Assembly (NCBI RefSeq): GCF_000002075.1
Contig: NW_004797380.1
Coordinates: 299,512-363,511, forward strand
Origin: Aplysia californica
Taxonomy: Eukaryota
Length of the DNA: 64,000 nucleotides
Reading direction: 5' to 3'
Below, in pieces: positions 36,401-51,400 of the stretch. Numbering within the stretch: the first letter of the stretch is position 1; each line of letters begins with the position of its first letter. Position numbers and translations under genes: made by a program. Under the pieces are notes generated by a model. The model had not been told where the DNA came from. It saw only the letters and a list, made by a program, of their open reading frames with translations, and did no database searches.

Positions 36401-39400
36401 CACGCACGCAAAGACACACAGAAAGCATATAGGCCGAGTAATTTATGGACACCCATGGAAAAGTTTTAAGTCAGCTTTGGCAGTCACCTTGGTGATTTGC
36501 TGTTGATCCCGATTTTTTTCACCAAATCCCGATTTTTCTCTCCCTGAGATCCTAATTTTGAGGCTTCATAGAATGTCAGGTCTGGTAACTGTATTGTGAA
36601 GGTACGGCCTACATATATCTATTCATTATTCCCAGGTTTGCCTTCTATCAGTATCAAAGGTGCGATGACAAATTAATTGAATTATAGTAGCAATGGAAGG
36701 GGAACCTGCTTTTAAACATTGCCAGCAATGGAAAGATATATTGGTGAAGAAATTAAACAAGACAAAATCTGGGCGAAAAAATAGGTAGTATGGGTTGTTG
36801 GCAATCTCTTCAAACAGGCTCCCATATGCCATTTTCAACCCTCTAAAAGTACTCAATTTCAATTTCTTCGGGGGCTTCGCCCCCTGAACCCCCACCGGGA
36901 CTCTGTCCCTGGACCCTGCTGGGGGTTTCAATTTCCCCAGACCCCCAGCAGAATTTTCCTTACTTTTCAGCTTCAGCTGGTGGAAAGCACTGTTTAACAT
37001 TTGAAAAACAAATCTGATATTGTCAAGAAGTTTCTTTTTGCCCGGCGCTTTTTCGTTTGTCTTTCTCCAGTTCAAGAGTATGTTTCACGCTAACAAAGTG
37101 GCTATGGAGGCAGGTGGAATGTAAAGCTGGTAGTACTTGAAGAAGCCCACACGGGACACGTGTGGATAAAAAACAACTCCGAAAAGACAAATGCAAAGGA
37201 ATTAATTGTCTGGGACTTGATTATGTTTTTGCTGTAATCAAATTGACGAAAGCTAGATCTCTTATGCAGGTGTGAGCGTCGTAAAACTTTTACTAAAGTA
37301 AAAGCTGGATCTCAAATTTTATATGTCGTTGGTAACAGAGATAAGTTGCCTGATTGTAATGATGAAATGTCTTGCGTTTGATACTGTTTGGTTTGGTTAG
37401 TTTTATGTACTGTAAAAATACAACAAATTAATACGAATAAGACAAAGAATTTGTTTTGCCGCTGTGTGTTACGTATAACAAAAGATATTACAGTTTTCTC
37501 ATTTAGGAATTTTTTGCCATTTTATTTAAAAGTTAGTTTTACTAGTAATTATCAGGTGATGTGATATCAGCAAAAATTTAGTAAAAATAATGCAACGTTA
37601 ATTTTTTGAAGTAAGAAAGACTATTTTATCATAGAGAGGAGGAATTTATGTGTGGCAAAACTGTTGTGAGTGTGTGTTAATATTTCTTATTCTACTTGCA
37701 GCAAAGATTGAGAAGTTGAACAATGCAAGTTCTCAGCCTCCTGCTCAACAGCAGAGTTCTTCAGAACAGTCAAAGACAGAAGGAGGGGACAGTTCAGACG
37801 AGTCTGACAAAGAAGACAAAGAGGAGGTGAGCTTTTGTTGTATTGTCGAACAGAATGAAAATATTTAATTTTGCAGCATCAAGAAAACCTTGAATTGGTT
37901 TAGAACAGGAAATGATTGTCTTGTCTTTTCTTTTATGAGTCCTATCTTTTTTCTTTTATGATCCAAATGTTTTGTTGTGTTGTCTATTTATGAGTGTGAT
38001 CTTCTGCTGTTGGCTATTTCAACTGTTAATTTTGTATATGGCAGGGATATTTAATATGTATGGTTTTACTGGATTTTGGTGTTCAGGTTATTAAAACAGG
38101 AGTATTTTTTATTCATCCACAGTGCAGGTTATAGTTGTTCTTTTAGCAATGTGCCTTTTCTTGCTGTCATGAAATACTTTCTTTTCTTTGAGTTTTATTG
38201 CCAAAAATCGTAATGTTACATATATTTTCCAGATAATAAGCCTTTTGTCTCTCTTACATTTAAATTTCAGCTGATAGTCTGGATCTTCAATGAGCTCTCT
38301 TTGTTCATGTTTTTATACAATAGTTGACTTTTGATTTTTTAAAAACGCCTCCAGCTGTTTTTTCATTTGGCTGTTAATGTCCCATTTTCAGACTTCGAAA
38401 GAAGATGAGGAGATGACTGAAGAACAAAAGCAGGCTGAAAAATCAAGGCCAGTGTCAAGTACCCCGGTGCCAGGAACTCCATGGTATGTAACAGCTAACT
38501 GTAAAATGCTGTGTGCTTCCTTAGTTTATAGTAGAGCTCGAATTTGGTTCAGAACCATTGGTTAAACACTTGTGTTACATGTAAGATTATCCAGTGTCCC
38601 TTTTTGTTCAAACAACAATAATTGGCCTGCTAGATGCCTGTCCTACATTAATCATTCTTGGTAGTGATTGATTGTGATGATATAATTGTTTGACTATGTT
38701 CAAAATTGTAGAATTAGTAATTCCAATGTATACTTTTTATTTTATTTATCTGATTTTTTGTGTGTTTTGTTACATGGGGTAATCAAATGGCTATGCTTTT
38801 TCTGTCCCCTTGTGAGTCCCTCAGAAAAGGCTGGCGGGTGCTCAGGTGTGGTTTGCTCCTTCTTTCCTACCAAACATCTATCATCCTTATATCTCCTCCT
38901 TCTTTTTTATTTGTTACTCTTATGTTACACCTCTAATCTTTGGTACTTATTTGACCTTATTGTGTTGCAAGTGCTGTATACCGCTTACTAAAACTAAACT
39001 AAAAAAGGTTGAAGTTTCTTTTTCAATGACAGTTGTCTTAGAAATTTGGCTCAATAATGCCTAGAGTATGAATACTTTGCTCTTGAAAGTGGACTGCTTT
39101 TATATAAATGGATCTCAAAATTATTGACATTTGTCTAGAAAACAAGGTGTAAACTCCTGTTTACTTACATTGAAAATATTGACCATAAAATTTTTTTAGA
39201 ACTGGTACATATATGAATTCAGTTGTGGTGTTGTATCATCTTTATCATATTGAAATACTTGTTTTAAATCTGTGCTTTAAGCAACTCATGCATCCTTTCT
39301 GAATAGGATAAGATAGACTTTGTTGCTTTATAGCTTTGTGTTAAAAGGATGGAAACAATGGAGTTTTTCTTTATTAAATTAATTAATTTAGTTGAACTGT

Positions 39401-42400
39401 TGTCATTGAGGACTACTTTGAATTATTTTTTGTATGACATGTCAAGAAAGTTAAAACAATAATAGATTTTTGCCTTTGTATTGAAGACATAAGGTGCAGT
39501 GGTCAGAACACAGTAAGTATCTGCTTTGAAACGGGGGAACTTAAAGTTAGTTTGCTGAAAGTTATTTTATCAAAGAATTTTGGGAATTTTTACCAAGCAT
39601 CTTTAAAGCAGTCAGTTTTCAATGGTGTCTGGGGTAGGCTGTGCTGTACTCTCCATTTTCCACATCTGTACTGATATGCCGTCTGTAACCTGTCTCTTTT
39701 TATCTAAGACAACTGCTCTGTCAGTGTGCATTTTTTTAGCACCAGCTATTGTTTTTTCTTTTTTTTTGTTGAAAAGAAATCTCCAGTGGTGTGTGAGGAG
39801 ACTGGCCATGCCATAGAGATCTGATAGAATCAAAGCAGACAAAGATAGTAAAAGATTTGGCGGTATTCTATAAGTGTTTTTGAGATTGCCTGGTTGTAAA
39901 CTTGACTGGCTTGAAGCATTAACCCCTTCAATGCCGCAGGTAAATAGGCCACTGTGCCGGGGGAAATCCTGTGAGCCAAGGCTGCTCAGGGGTGACCCCA
40001 CTCAACATCCCATAACTTTTTATTTATGAATGTTTCCTCGTGAATTTCTCCATGTACATTCTATATTGAACCACATTGATTTCTACTGATATAATTTTGA
40101 GGGAATTTTATTGAGAGATAGATTGAGAAAAGTTGGAGTTAGTAACATGATGCCAAAAACAAAACCAACAAACAACATAAACAACACACATTCGAGTAAT
40201 GATAAACTGAGACCAAAAAAAATGGGAATATGTTGTGTGAGTGTTTGCAGATAAAGAAGTGACAAGAGGCTTTTCCTACCTTATACAACACTTGTACAAT
40301 CCGTATATATATACATGTAAGCCCATCTGTGTTTACTGCCATTAATTCATTTTTGTGTCATGAATGTGTTAGATCTAGATCTAATATTCTCTTCACTCTA
40401 AAATCTGAATCTGACGCTTTCAAATTGTGGGAAAAATGGAGATAAACATAAAGGGAAGGTACCTCAATAATAATTTCAAGATTTTAACAGTAGCTTCCCC
40501 TATAATTGGTATTTAAAAAAACCCCACTGTCACAGTCCTGTAAATTCAACGGGCCGTAGGCACAGCGCTACATGGTTCTGGCCTGTTAATTCTACGGGCG
40601 TGGCAGCGAAGAGGTTAAAGACTAAAAGTGTTTTTGTATATATGTTGATACTCCCTTTTTTTTTCCGCGGATTTCTTGAAAGTGTTTTCCCTTCAAAAAG
40701 ATCAGTCTAGTGGACCATAATCCCATTCAAATTGAAGAAAGCTTTTAAGCAGGTTTAAATGGTTGATTATTTGATGTGTTATTATTATTTGCTGTCTCAG
40801 CAAGGATGGTGTGTTTTATGAAACCCGCAAGTACTGGATGAACACATAATGAATGTTCTGAATTGCGTTTTGGATGAAAATGTTTACACAATTCAACAAT
40901 TATTTTTTGAATGTCAGTATTGTTAAATGCATACTAAAGTTTGCTGAATGAGCTATCGTGTCAATTTTTAAAAATGTTTTTATCACTGCCCCACCTTTGG
41001 TTCCATTTTGGAAGTACATTATTTTTCAGGCTTTGTGGTATTCTAGGTGCTCTTGACAGTGCTTTTGTTGTTAGAGGATGTGTTAACTAAAATGTTGACT
41101 AGCAGCGGAAAACAATTCCTCTATGGCCATTTAAACAGCTTTTGCAAGCAGTGTCCATTATAATTGTATTGTTGTTAGTCCATCCTTGGATTTTGAAACT
41201 GATATTATGCATTAGTGATTTTTAAAAAGCAAAATAAAAACTCCCATTTTTGACAAATTTTTCAGTTCACAGAAGTTCTTAGTGTTGGAATAGTTAATAT
41301 TATTGCTTTGTGATTTCCTCAGTTAAAAGAAGTTTTAAATGTGTGTTTCTTATTTCCTAGTGTCGTGATGATGTGATATGGTTTTGGAGTATTAACAAAG
41401 GGAAATGTCATTATTTTTTTGTGTGATTTCACTGTGAATTGGGGCAGTCAATGTAATAGCTGTTATATTTGTTACTTTAAGGTGTGTAGTATGGACTGGA
41501 GATGGCAGATGCTTCTTCTACAACCCAAGTCAGCGTCTCAGTGTATGGGAGAAACCTGAGGAGTTGCAGAATAGACCAGATGTTGACAAACTGTTGTCGA
41601 ATAAGCCAGATCCAAAGGGAGGTGGTGAGTATCCTTTAGAGTTCTGGAATATTCACACTGTTGCTATTCTTACTGGCTTTTCTTGTTAAATGTTTTGAAA
41701 TGACTAGAGCACAGGGTGTCCAAAAAGAAAAAAGCTGCTTAAAGGGTAATAACTCAGTCATCTCTTCACTGATTTCAACAAAAACTAAACAGATTAAATT
41801 CAACCATGAGGACGTCCAGTTTGTAAATATTAAGGAAATCAGTCAACTTGTTAAAGATTTCAACCCACTTAAGGTAAAACGCCAAATTTTACCTTTAATG
41901 AACGTTCAGTTACAACCTAGGGTAGGTGTCTAGATATGCCGAGAAAGTTTTATAGCACTTGGGGGAGAATGTGTTATGCTGTACTGGACTGGTTCCAGTG
42001 GGATGGGGCCTCAACCCACACATCAAGAGTGGCCCTGATATGGTTGCTAGAAAGGTTTTGGGAGCCCACAAATTTACAAATGAATGGTTCCCCCCCCCCC
42101 AAACTTGACCCCCTTCAATTATTACCTTTGGGGTTTGTTTTTTTACAGACATAGGGAAACATACCTCATACATTTGAACAAGTACAGCTCAATGTTGAAC
42201 AGGATGTCTAAAGAGTGGACCTAAAAACATGCCACAATGATATTCAAAATTTCCAGTGGCGTATTGGAGCTTGTACGGAAAGAAGTAGTCTATACCTAGA
42301 AATTTAAATAGCGAACACCTTCTTGACTATTTGAAATAGAACAATATGGTTGATGTGTAAGGAGTTGCAAAGTTTTGTGTTTCAGTTAATTTTGGTTAAA

Positions 42401-45400
42401 ATTTTGTAATTTTGATATTTTTTGAACAAATGAATTGATTTTTCTCATATTGACAAATGTAAAATCCTCATTGTTGAATTTTATTTCTGACACCTGTTAT
42501 TTTCCTTCAAATAATGTTCATACTTATATCTAATGTGAAGATGTTGGCAGTAGTGATGAAAGGTTTTGTTTTGATCGCAATATTTTTAAAATTTCGTCTC
42601 CTGTGTTGCGGAGTGCATGATGGACAATTCTGAGGTCAACTAGTACTAGTAGGACATGAGTGTCTGTGGTGTTATTTCATTTTTTAAATTGTGGTTCTTT
42701 TGATAAATTGGTTCTCCTTTCTTTTTCACAGAAAAACCAAAGGAAGAGAAGGAAAGAGAAAAGGAAGAGGAATCAACTGGAGAGCCACCAAATAAAAAGA
42801 AAAAGTAAGTCTGCTTAATGTTATTTTAACATGTGCAAGAATTCAGTATAGTTTATGAGCTTTTGAAATGTTCTCAACTTTTAAGGAAAGAATTAGTTAC
42901 ATTAGTGAAGAGCTTTAACTCAGATTAAGAACAGTAATTCTGTTTATGTGGAGTTAAATATAATAATACAATTCGGCGTATAGGTAGTGTTCAGAAGATG
43001 ACCGTTATCCTGTCCCAAAACATTTGTTCAGCTGTGTTTTGAAATGCAGTCGAGCATGGATAGCTCAAACATGTTGGGGATTGGCCAATGTGTTCAGCGC
43101 ATCCATAATTCGGGTTAACCAATGGCGCCAAATTAATGAGATATTGGTTGGGGTATGACAAATTGTATAAGCTATCTGTGATTTTGAGTTTTACGTGTTA
43201 TGTTATGTGTGCCTGACTGGGGTTGAGTTGAATCCGTGTTTATGTTGTCTTGAAAAATAAAGGAATACATTATAAAAGACAACTTTGTTAAACTTTAGAA
43301 AATTATTATTGTCATTGCATGCTGTCTATGATTTACATACAAATGAGTGTCTTATGAAGCAGTATTGATAGATTTTGATTGAGACTGTTATGTAATGAAA
43401 AGGGTTGATTTATAGGAGGAAGTACATGTATTTTTTTTTCAGGACTGAAACAGAAACAAAGGAAGAGAAAAAAGAAGGTGGTCCCAAACAGATTGACATA
43501 GGCAAGGAAGCAGCGATCGAGGCTGAGGTGCTTGCAGCACGTCAGAGAGCTATTGTTCCCCTGGAGATCAGGATGAAGCAATTCAGAGACATGCTTGCTG
43601 AAAAGGAGGTAATGTAGATTGAACCTGATACCTGTAGGTGAAGATAGTCAAGAACACAACTTTCTTGAGATTAATGTTAATTTAAATGAGAGAGCAACTT
43701 CAATTAATATACTATGTGGTATGATTTAATGGTCTTTTGAAGAGTAATGAGGTGTCGGGTCAAGTTTTAGACTTGAATTGTAGGTAATATTTCTTAACAC
43801 ATTACACCTAAGGGTCTGGACGGGAAGTCCGTTGTTAGATCCTAAGCAAGGGGAAAGAGCCCTCCTCCCGTGAAAAAAAGCCTTTACAAAAAACCCATTT
43901 TAAAAACACTAAACAAATTCCAAAAATTCAGAAAAAATAAAAGAAAGCGAAAAATGAATGTAGTTTCAGAAAAATATAACTTCATGTATGCGCAGACAGT
44001 TGGAAATGTTCTAACTTTAGTTCAATCGGGGTGTCCGACCCGTCACTTTCACTCTCAGCCTCGCGGTCGGCCCTACATCTAAATTCTAGATTTTCTACGT
44101 CTGATCAATCTGAATCGCCCCTAACTCTTGTTATGTTTTCATCAAAATCTGAGTTATCTGATTTGTCATATGCTTGTTTTTGCTCAAATCCATCGTTATT
44201 TCTTTTTTCGAACTGAATTGTGTCGCTTTTCAACAAGTCGAGACACCTTCGATGTGTCGGTAACGCGATCGCACTTCGTTTGGCTAATACTAAAACTACT
44301 GGCCCAAAAAATCTCGTTTCGGTATCAAACGAAAGAAGAAATTTGCAATAACTATGCAATTCAAAATCTCAGCTTCGTTTCTAAAGACACTAGGTCGGCG
44401 CGGGCGGTTCCGGGCAAGTCAGGGTGGAGTGCGTAAGGGAGTTCCCGGGCGACTTAGGGTGTAATGTGTTTATGCGCCCTGATTTTTTTTCACTGACCCT
44501 CCCAAAACGCCGGAATTTATTTTCCCAGGAGCGCCTATTACAATAGGGTACCGTATTCAAATTGATTCTGTTGATTTTTTCAATGAAAGTATATATATTT
44601 GATACTACAGGAAAGGTAATTGAATAAGCTATCACAATAGATGGGTTGGATGGTTTTTCTTTTATTATATAAGAGCAATTACACAATAAAAGAGGAATAA
44701 TAACTAAAGAATAAGGAAATTGGGCAGTTTGATGAGTTTTATCCAGCTTACTGTCACCATTACCCATAAAGTGCAGACCCAGACTGAATAAACAAATGTT
44801 TGCATGTAAATCACCTTTGAAATATTACCACACAGTAGGTTTTCCAGCACTGATCTTGTTCAATAATTCAAAGTTATTGAAATACACGAAATGCTCGTCA
44901 GCCGACTAATAGTAGACATTTTCCTTCAGCAATCAGCTCCTAATTCTATCCTTGTAATAAATCTAGTATTAGCAGTTGTACAAGCTTTGTTGACATTGCT
45001 AGTACTAGATCTAGACTTTGCGGGTAGGTTATAACTAATGGATGATTCACTTACTAGAGTACAACGCCCACTCAAAGTCAAGTCAGTTTCATCCCTGTTG
45101 ACAGTATCGTCACTGCTATACTCACCAGTTGGAAATTACTATTGAAGTCGAAGTTTGTGTGGCTGACAATGTAATCATAATAAAAAAGCTTATATCAGTC
45201 ATATCGACAGCGAAAAGCTTTGCAGGGCTTTGGTTTTGCTTGAGTCGTTGCCCCAGGCCTTTGTTGCAATTGTAAACAAATGGGTTTGCTTTATTTCGAT
45301 CAACACTTCAGACTATAAAGAAAACACGCAAAATTTTACTAATAATGGAACCGGCAGTGAAGCTTCCAGTATTGACACTAAATTCATTCACAAGTTGCAA

Positions 45401-48400
45401 AATATTACGGAACTTAGCAGTTGGAATAGTTTATTAAAACCATACAAGAAAGGATTACTGAGTTGTTCTTCTGCGGAAACGGCGTTCAGTCAGCGACGAC
45501 TGACGGTCACTCTGGACGGAATGAGTTAAATGACAAAAGAAAGCAGTGTCCTTTGTGTTATGATCGGCTGTTTATGAGGATTCAATTTAAGATCTTGACA
45601 ACTGGTGTAGTAATTTTGTTGTTGTTTTGTTTTTGGTAATTTCAGGTGTCTGTCTTTTCCACATGGGAGAAAGAATTACACAAGATCGTTTTTGATCAGC
45701 GGTACCTATTGCTGACTTCTCGTGAGCGCAAGCAAGTGTTTGAGCAATATGTTAAAGAAAGAGCAGAGGAAGAACGTCGTGAAAAGAATCGTCGCATCAA
45801 GGAGAAGAAGGAGGCCTTCCGCCAGCTGCTGGAAGAAAGCAAACTACATGGGAAGTGAGTAGCAACAAATGTATTGCCCTTTTGGAGATTTATTTTTATT
45901 TGCCTTGATTTAACAGTTACACCGTGGTAGAGACTAAAGTAGGGAATAGCAATGAATCTTGCTTAGAGATCACCATGGGCTGTTGGTATTTTTGTTTAGA
46001 TGTGAAGCTTTTACTGTGACGTTGGTTTGATGAATTTTTGTTGTTGCTGTCTTTGTAATCTTTTGTGGATTTATAAAATTCCTGTCCCGAAAGAAAGATG
46101 TTTAGGTACACTGGTTTGTTCAGTTATTGTTGATTGTACTTTAAAGTTTTGAGTTTTTTGGCTTTGGTATTTTGTTTTCTTGAACACTGTTTATGAGTAT
46201 TTGAAGTTACTAAATTTATACAAAGTGTAAATAAAAATGCTTCAAGAGCAAATGAATGGCCAGTCTTGTGTGGCACTGTGCATAGGGTGTTTTGTTTGGA
46301 CAGATCTTCAGTTGTGCTGTGTTGAGTAATGTGGAATTTGTGAGAATGTGAGACCTGAAAATCTTATATTTCAGTAATGTTTTTCTCTTTCTGGCAACAG
46401 ACATAGAATCTGGTCATAAGGTGTGTCTTATCAAGTAGTTGAAATGGAAATTTTACCTCAGGTTGACATGAAAAGCAAATTCTGAGTGTACGAAATATGG
46501 ATTTGCTTTCTTTTTTGGGATACTTTTGTTATTAGAAATGTAAAGACATTTGTTTCATCTTTCTCAGATCGCTATTCAGTGATTTTGCCAGCAAATATGG
46601 AAAAGACGAACGCTTCAAAGGGATTGACAAAATGCGGGAGAGGGAGTCTATTTTTCTGGAATTTGTTAGTGAAGTCCGCAAGAAAGAGAAGGAAGAGAAA
46701 TCTGTCTTAAAGGAAAAGGTAAGAGCCACTGGGCATTTGTGTAACATGCAGACACTGTGATCCCTCTCAGTGGTGATGGGCAAATGGCAAATTCTTTACC
46801 ATAAAAATTTCAGAATGAAAAAATGTAAAGTAGTATATTGACATTGTTTACCCATTTTGTCTGCATTTGGGGTGATGTAAAGTAAAGGATTGTTCACCCA
46901 TCACATTGAGAGGGGGATCAGAAATACTTTTTTTTTTCTGAAGACTTTGGTCAAATTTTAGGAAGGATGAATTGGATATTTTGTGCACTGACTATTTAAT
47001 CGCACCAACTATAACTACTTCAATTTTTATGAGGTTGACGAAAATCAAATCTCAAGATGTAGTCTCAGTGTCAATCATCTTTGAGTACTTTTCCCCTGGT
47101 CCTATGAATTTAATTTGATAAATTGTCCTAAATAACCAAAGTCTTTTGAAATCAAGCAGTTTTTCAGTTATTGCAAGCAACTCACTATATATTTTGGTTT
47201 TGTGTCAAATAGGAATATTTCCCTGAGATGTGTAAGTAATCTTAGGGATAGTATATTGTTTCTTATCAAACTGAAGGACAACGAAAAAAGTAAAAAGCAT
47301 GTTATTTCTCAGGGAATTAAAAAAATAGAGATTCGACATTGTAGATATTTTTTTGCAACATTTAGGAACAATGTAATCATCTGTGGTATATTTATACAAT
47401 GCTGATCACTGTGTCAAGATGTAGTTTTTCAATAGTTTCAACTTTTAAAAAGAAATACTTTATGTCCTGTGTATCAATGATTTCAGCTGATCCCTACACT
47501 TGGATATATCTGCCTTTGAAATAGTTGCAGCTATGTGACTTAGCTTGACAGTGGTGAACCTTGTTTTGTTTTTGTGGTTAAGCGTTTGTTTCAAAAAGTA
47601 TGTTAGCTGTGTTGGAGAGGGGGGTCAAAGTCTTCAAACCTGTCACATTGATTGAACTAACACCATACATTACTTTTCATATTTTCTACATGTAATTTGA
47701 TAATGATATTATACCTTTCTTTAGCATGTGATTCACGCACATTTAGTTAGTTACCATAGGTGCTTCTTTGGTTTTATTTTACACTCTTGAAATGTTTCTG
47801 TAGAGAAATCAGCATGATAAATCCTGTGTATTTTGGAACAAAATATGTTCCAATAACTGTCTGTCATTTTTTTTCTCTCTCTGATATTCATGTTTTCAGG
47901 AATTTTACATTACTCTTGTTTAGAATGTGCTTAGGAATCATTGTGTGCTTTAGTTCTCACTTGTAAATTATAAGGAGCCATGCCTACTGTATACATGACC
48001 ATGGTTTTGTTATTTTTACGTTTGCTATTGTGTGAACAGATTTGGTTCCACAGTCTCTGGATGTCCGAAAGCTGTGAAGGGGATGTATTGACTTTGTTTT
48101 TCCAGCACACCAGTTTTTAAATCCAGTCTCCTCACTTACCTTGCTAATATAGTTTTGAAAGTTTATGCCATGTATGTGAAAAGGTGCTTTATAATAAGAT
48201 TAATATATGCATTTTCAGCTTTGTTTCCTTTTTGACTGTCCTGCTGTAAGTCACTCCATTTATGGGACATGTTGAAAATTTTGTTGGGAACAAGATCATT
48301 TGTTTTAAATTGGAACGGATTTTGGATTACAAGTGCATATCATAGTATATTTTTGCTTATATGGTGAAATAAGTGCCTGGATTATTGTAACAATTATGTT

Positions 48401-51400
48401 TGTTAAGAGATATTTTCAGTTGTTTTGCATAGTTAAAATTTTTGTTTAGAAATATGTGTCAGACAAATTGAAAAGCATTTTCAGTTGATTGTCAGAGAAT
48501 TAATACCAATAAGGTATGAATGTCATATGTAAGGTACTGAATGAAGATCTAAGTTATTGACTGAATGTATAAATCACGTTGTAATGCCTTTGCAGTAGTA
48601 TGAAATTAGTCTAATTATGTGTTATTTATTCTAAATTGATAAGGCAATCTATGTTTGGAAATACACTAATAAAGTAGATACTAAGATTCCATGTAGAACT
48701 GATTAATGACACGATAACTGATATTACTTTTAATAATAAAAACCGTGCTTTTGTTAAGAAAGAAAAGAAAAGAGAAACAACGGAAGAAGAAGAAACTATT
48801 AGTTGTTATTTTAACTTTGGCTACTGTTCTAACATTGTTGAACTTTATGTTCCCCCATGGAAGAAGAGGAAGCAAAGCTCGGGAAGCTGTAGACAGCGTG
48901 CTTGAAATCATGACTCCTGGTCAGTTGCCTTTGCAATTTGACCCCTGTGTGGAATTCCTAGTCCTCGCTCTGTGGTGGTCATACCTGGTATATAGCACCA
49001 ATATTTTCTTTTCATTCTTCTCACATTACCCAAACATGGTCATTCCTACCTCTCTGTCTTTAATTTTCAGTAGTAGATACTGCTTATGGCTATGTAAAAT
49101 TGCACTGGAGCCAGCATACCAAAAGCAAGCTGACAAATTCATAAATTTTGCAGTTTAAAAAAAGTAAATTTATATATAGAAAGTAATTGTGGTGATTGTG
49201 TGCCAGAGTTTAATTTGAAGTAACATAGTGGCTGGGGTTATTCCCGCTCCCATTTTGAGAGACTGATTTGAGATTGGCGCTTAAAAAACTTGCTCCTGGT
49301 ATGTAGTTGCCATCTCATTAGAAATCCATCCCGTTTTTATGATCAGGATCATTTTTGCAATGCAGATATAGTTCCCTAAGCCTCTTCCCACACATTTGAT
49401 GCATTTGTTTGAACAGAAAAAAACCCAATCTCTTTGTAGATGCACAGGTATAAAAATGATTATGTTGTTTCCATATGTTCAGAATCAGATACTCATAAGC
49501 ACTGTTTAGCAGCACATAAGCTGACTTCAAATTAAATACATGCTGATCATCTATGTGCTTTTTGTCCNNNNNNNNNNNNNNNNNNNNNNNNNNNNNNNNN
49601 NNNNNNNNNNNNNNNNNNNNNNNNNNNNNNNNNNNNNNNNNNNNNNNNNNNNNNNNNNNNNNNNNNNNNNNNNNNNNNNNNNNNNNNNNNNNNNNNNNNN
49701 NNNNNNNNNNNNNNNNNNNNNNNNNNNCATGTGTAAGACAAAGCATGATGCTTTTAGATATTTTTTTTTTCCATTATGTTGGAAGGTGAATTTTTTTTTA
49801 TGTGCTAAGGAGCGGTTGTCATAGCCTAAGAAGTGAAGAAATGCTCTTAGTAACTTTGGTATACAACATTGTGCTTATTTTAAAAGAAATAAATTTTGAA
49901 GACAAATGGACTGTTCTAGGAAGAAGAAAAATATGCAACGTAAGACATTATATGGGATTGAATCTATGTTTTGTTTTGTTTGTTCAATTGTAATCTGCTT
50001 CCTTTTCAGATCATTCTGTGTTTAGAATTGTCAATGTAGTAGAATGTCTTTTAATGATACATGGAAATGAGATGGCAACTATAGTGCATTATGAAATGAT
50101 ATTTATGCCATTTCATTGAACTCGAATCATTTGTAAAATCAAGAAAGCAACACAATATTTGCATTCATTGGGTGAACATTGAATCTTTTGAAAATTAATT
50201 TTGGGAATGCAAAAGTTGGAGAGAAAAAGCACAACTGTAGTCTGCTTTAAAATAAATGGCAAAATTTGATTGCTTTCTTGATATTTGTGTGAATGCTAGT
50301 TACGGAGGTTTAATTTTTAAGTTTTTACTGTCAACTATTTTCTGTAGAAGAATTACTTACTCTTTGAGGACAGAAATTTTATGCACCTGTGATCACATTA
50401 CACCTTTTGCTTTGGATTGAATAAATCTCCCTTCTCTCACTTACAAGAAATTCTACGAAACTTAAGTTTGTGCTGGAAAGTGTAAGATATACAAAACTTA
50501 ACATGAAATAGGGAAGCCAATGAACTGCTGAAGTATAGGTGCTCTACCTCATTTTAACAGGCTTTCCTTTGGGTCTTTTATTGGTTTTTGCTTGTATGGT
50601 AACATTTTTGCTGGTCAGGGAACATGAGATGGATCTAACTTTGCACTTTGATTTGCATCAGATTACAATGTGACTATTTTCTGTTTCAGCTGAAGTCAGA
50701 CTTCCTTAAGCTTCTGAAAGAAACTAGTGGTATTGACCGCAACTCTAGGTGGAGTGAAATAAAGAAAAAGATCAACGGTGACCCTCGTTATGAAGCAGTG
50801 GACAGCAGTACTCGTAGGGAGGATTGGTTCAAGGACTATGTCAAAGGGCTTGATGAGGTAAGCTGTTTTTTATTCTCAGCTTGGACATTTGCAGTTTAGC
50901 CCTAATTTTCTTTAAAGTCAAAGTTTCCTCTTTTTAGTATAGCTCCAGTTAATGAAGTGATGAAGTATCTGAGGAGCTTTGTTCACCCTTTTCTTGTGTG
51001 TGATTGACATCAAATTGAATAATTTTTCTTTCACATTCTATCAGGTTTGTGGAAGTGTTGTATTTTTATGGTTCTATGACGACACTAAAATCTATTTTTA
51101 GGTAGCGTGAACACTGTCTCGCGGCCTTCTGAGTGCATGGTTTCTGTGAATTCAGGGTGATTCAGATCGCTGTTTGTTTGTTCTTTTGATATTAAACACC
51201 AAATGCTGTACACATTGTATTGTAAACGTTCAGCTTTTCCTCGTTACATTGCTATAAGCTGTTTATATATATCCGAGTATTTGGAGCTGGAGAAATGCCG
51301 TCGAAAGCGAAGCCCCTCGCGGTTGGGATGTGTTGGCGGACGGTTCAAAAATGAAAACCCACACACTCAAATGTTTCGCAGAAAGATCGATGATTGAATA

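Noticed and set aside
44860-45530. Possible decayed transposase (also 54910-56320 and 60870-62200)
   Set aside because: No recognisable motif in the frames I translated; needs BLASTx or HMM search.
48745-49158. 137-aa membrane-protein-like ORF
   Set aside because: GTG start, no recognisable homology, and hydrophobicity explained by T-rich intron DNA; a different frame is discussed as a candidate exon.
50941-50978. Hairpin AGCTCC/GGAGCT enclosing GTGATGA and CTGA
   Set aside because: 38 nt is too short for a guide snoRNA; plausibly chance.
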